This document shows, one piece after another, positions 60,541 to 61,529 of a stretch of DNA of 61,529 nt (its first letter is position 1; every line of letters begins with the position of its first letter). The notes below the pieces were generated by a model that was not told where the DNA came from, ran no database searches, and saw only the letters and a list, made by a program, of their open reading frames with translations. Source of the DNA: an uncultured Verrucomicrobiota bacterium (GTDB taxonomy: Bacteria; Verrucomicrobiota; Kiritimatiellia; CAIKKV01; CAIJXV01); NCBI GenBank assembly GCA_964497135.1, contig CAZCDO010000002.1, positions 1-61,529 on the forward strand, given 5' to 3'. The position numbers and the translations under genes were made by a program.

Positions 60541-61529
60541 TCAACCGATCAACTCGTTTTGCACGACCGTCCGCGTATACGACGCCAGGGAAGCCGGCAG
60601 GCGATGCAGATGCTTCTCCAGCGCCGCCAGGTCTTCCAGCGCCTTCGCCGGCGTCACCGTCCCCCCGCACAGCCCCACCATCAGAACGGCATACCGCTTC
60701 AAAACCGTGGCAAACGGCAGCAAGCGCGAAGCGGCCTGGGGATCCATCGGCGTCCGGCGGAAGCGCTCTTCGAAATCGGTCAGCGGCGCAAAGATCTCGC
60801 ACAATTGCTGCCGCAATCCGACGCGGTCCGCCGGCGACAGTGCGCCGCCAATCGGCGGCAGATTCTCCTCCGCGGACAGGTACTCCGCCCATTCGGCGGT
60901 GAACCAGCGGGACAAGACTAGACCGAGTTCGGCGCCTTCCTCGCCCATCAACTCGACGAGATGCCGACGCATGGAGGTCGCCGGATCGTAGACGCGGGGA
61001 TCGGCCAAATAGTCGCCCAGACAACCGAGAATCGGCAGGTTGAAGAAATAGACGTTCAGGGGATTGATGACGATGCCGGAACAGAGTTCGTCCAGGTGCG
61101 CGCCGCGTCCCCGGTAGGGCGTCCAGTGCAACACATTGACCGCCACGTCATAGACGTTGAAGTTGTCCCACAGGAAGGGACGGCGGCCGAAGTTCTCAAA
61201 ATACCGGCGCGCCCCATCATCAGAGAACGTGTGCGCAATGACCCCGTTGTGCCCCGGATCGATGCCGGTGACGACGGTTTCGATCCGGGGATCGAGCCGT
61301 TCGTGCAGGCGACAGAGATAAGGGAGTTTGTCGGCCGTCGCATAGTGGGTCGGGCAGAACAGGAAGCGGGCGTCGGGACACTCGGCCGCAATGCCGGCCG
61401 CCAGTTCGTTCATCACAGCGGCCTGCGACTCGGCTTGGCGGATGCCCTCTTCGCCGGCGGGATCGAACTCCTTGAGGAGATCGTCATAGAAGATGGGGAA
61501 GAATGTGCAGCCCAGGTCGATGAACGGGC
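60541..61529 (-). CDS. GH84-like beta-N-acetylglucosaminidase (O-GlcNAcase/NagJ-type) catalytic-domain protein (partial; N-terminus beyond window end)
   Basis: The frame is open to the window end. My translation upstream of the track ORF is PFIDLGCTFFPIFYDDLLKEF, with an Asp-Asp pair like the GH84 catalytic DD. Downstream, RRPFLWDNFNVYDV resembles the GH84 WDNYPVND motif. Confidence 0.65.
   Translation of the reverse strand, partial: PFIDLGCTFFPIFYDDLLKEFDPAGEEGIRQAESQAAVMNELAAGIAAECPDARFLFCPTHYATADKLPYLCRLHERLDPRIETVVTGIDPGHNGVIAHTFSDDGARRYFENFGRRPFLWDNFNVYDVAVNVLHWTPYRGRGAHLDELCSGIVINPLNVYFFNLPILGCLGDYLADPRVYDPATSMRRHLVELMGEEGAELGLVLSRWFTAEWAEYLSAEENLPPIGGALSPADRVGLRQQLCEIFAPLTDFEERFRRTPMDPQAASRLLPFATVLKRYAVLMVGLCGGTVTPAKALEDLAALEKHLHRLPASLASYTRTVVQNELIG

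Overview
This is a visibly GC-rich bacterial chromosomal window. The gene content suggests a PVC-type, glycan-degrading lineage (Verrucomicrobiota, Kiritimatiellota or Lentisphaerota), but that placement is only an inference from protein motifs. I support about 45 protein-coding genes, three decayed gene remnants and several families of short structured repeats. I found no rRNA, tRNA, CRISPR array or intact mobile element. All family names come from motifs I recognised in the translations; no database search was run. Most of the window is ordinary: a DeoR-linked catabolic island (1-7339), a tightly overlapping CNNM-hpt-hflX-kinase operon, a HIT/M16 peptidase block, a MarR-MFP-RND-TolC efflux operon, a nucleoside transporter, and glycan or peptide hydrolases. 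The best candidate for an undescribed system is a six-gene minus-strand operon (24993-36758) with a divergent OmpA-family gene (36910-38151). It combines an ExbB/ExbD (TolQ/TolR-type) proton motor with a giant CpoB/YbgF-like TPR array and a 1,273-aa membrane-anchored protein. That protein carries a TonB/TolA-like S-x3-H transmembrane motif, roughly 840 aa of low-complexity spacer and a terpenoid-cyclase/prenyltransferase-like toroid domain in place of a TonB or TolA C-terminal domain. The operon also encodes a small GspC/PilP-like protein and a beta-helix protein with six FG-GAP repeats. The gene positions mirror Tol-Pal, but every non-motor part has a different architecture. The second point of interest is a 1,618-aa secreted DUF2341-LamG protein with three glycine-rich beta-helix-like modules; its whole gene unit is bracketed by a perfect 29-bp inverted repeat. 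Other observations include a REP/MITE-like palindromic repeat family showing compensatory stem changes, two shared upstream motifs, an apparently leaderless marR promoter, and EAL, NERD and Xis gene relics.
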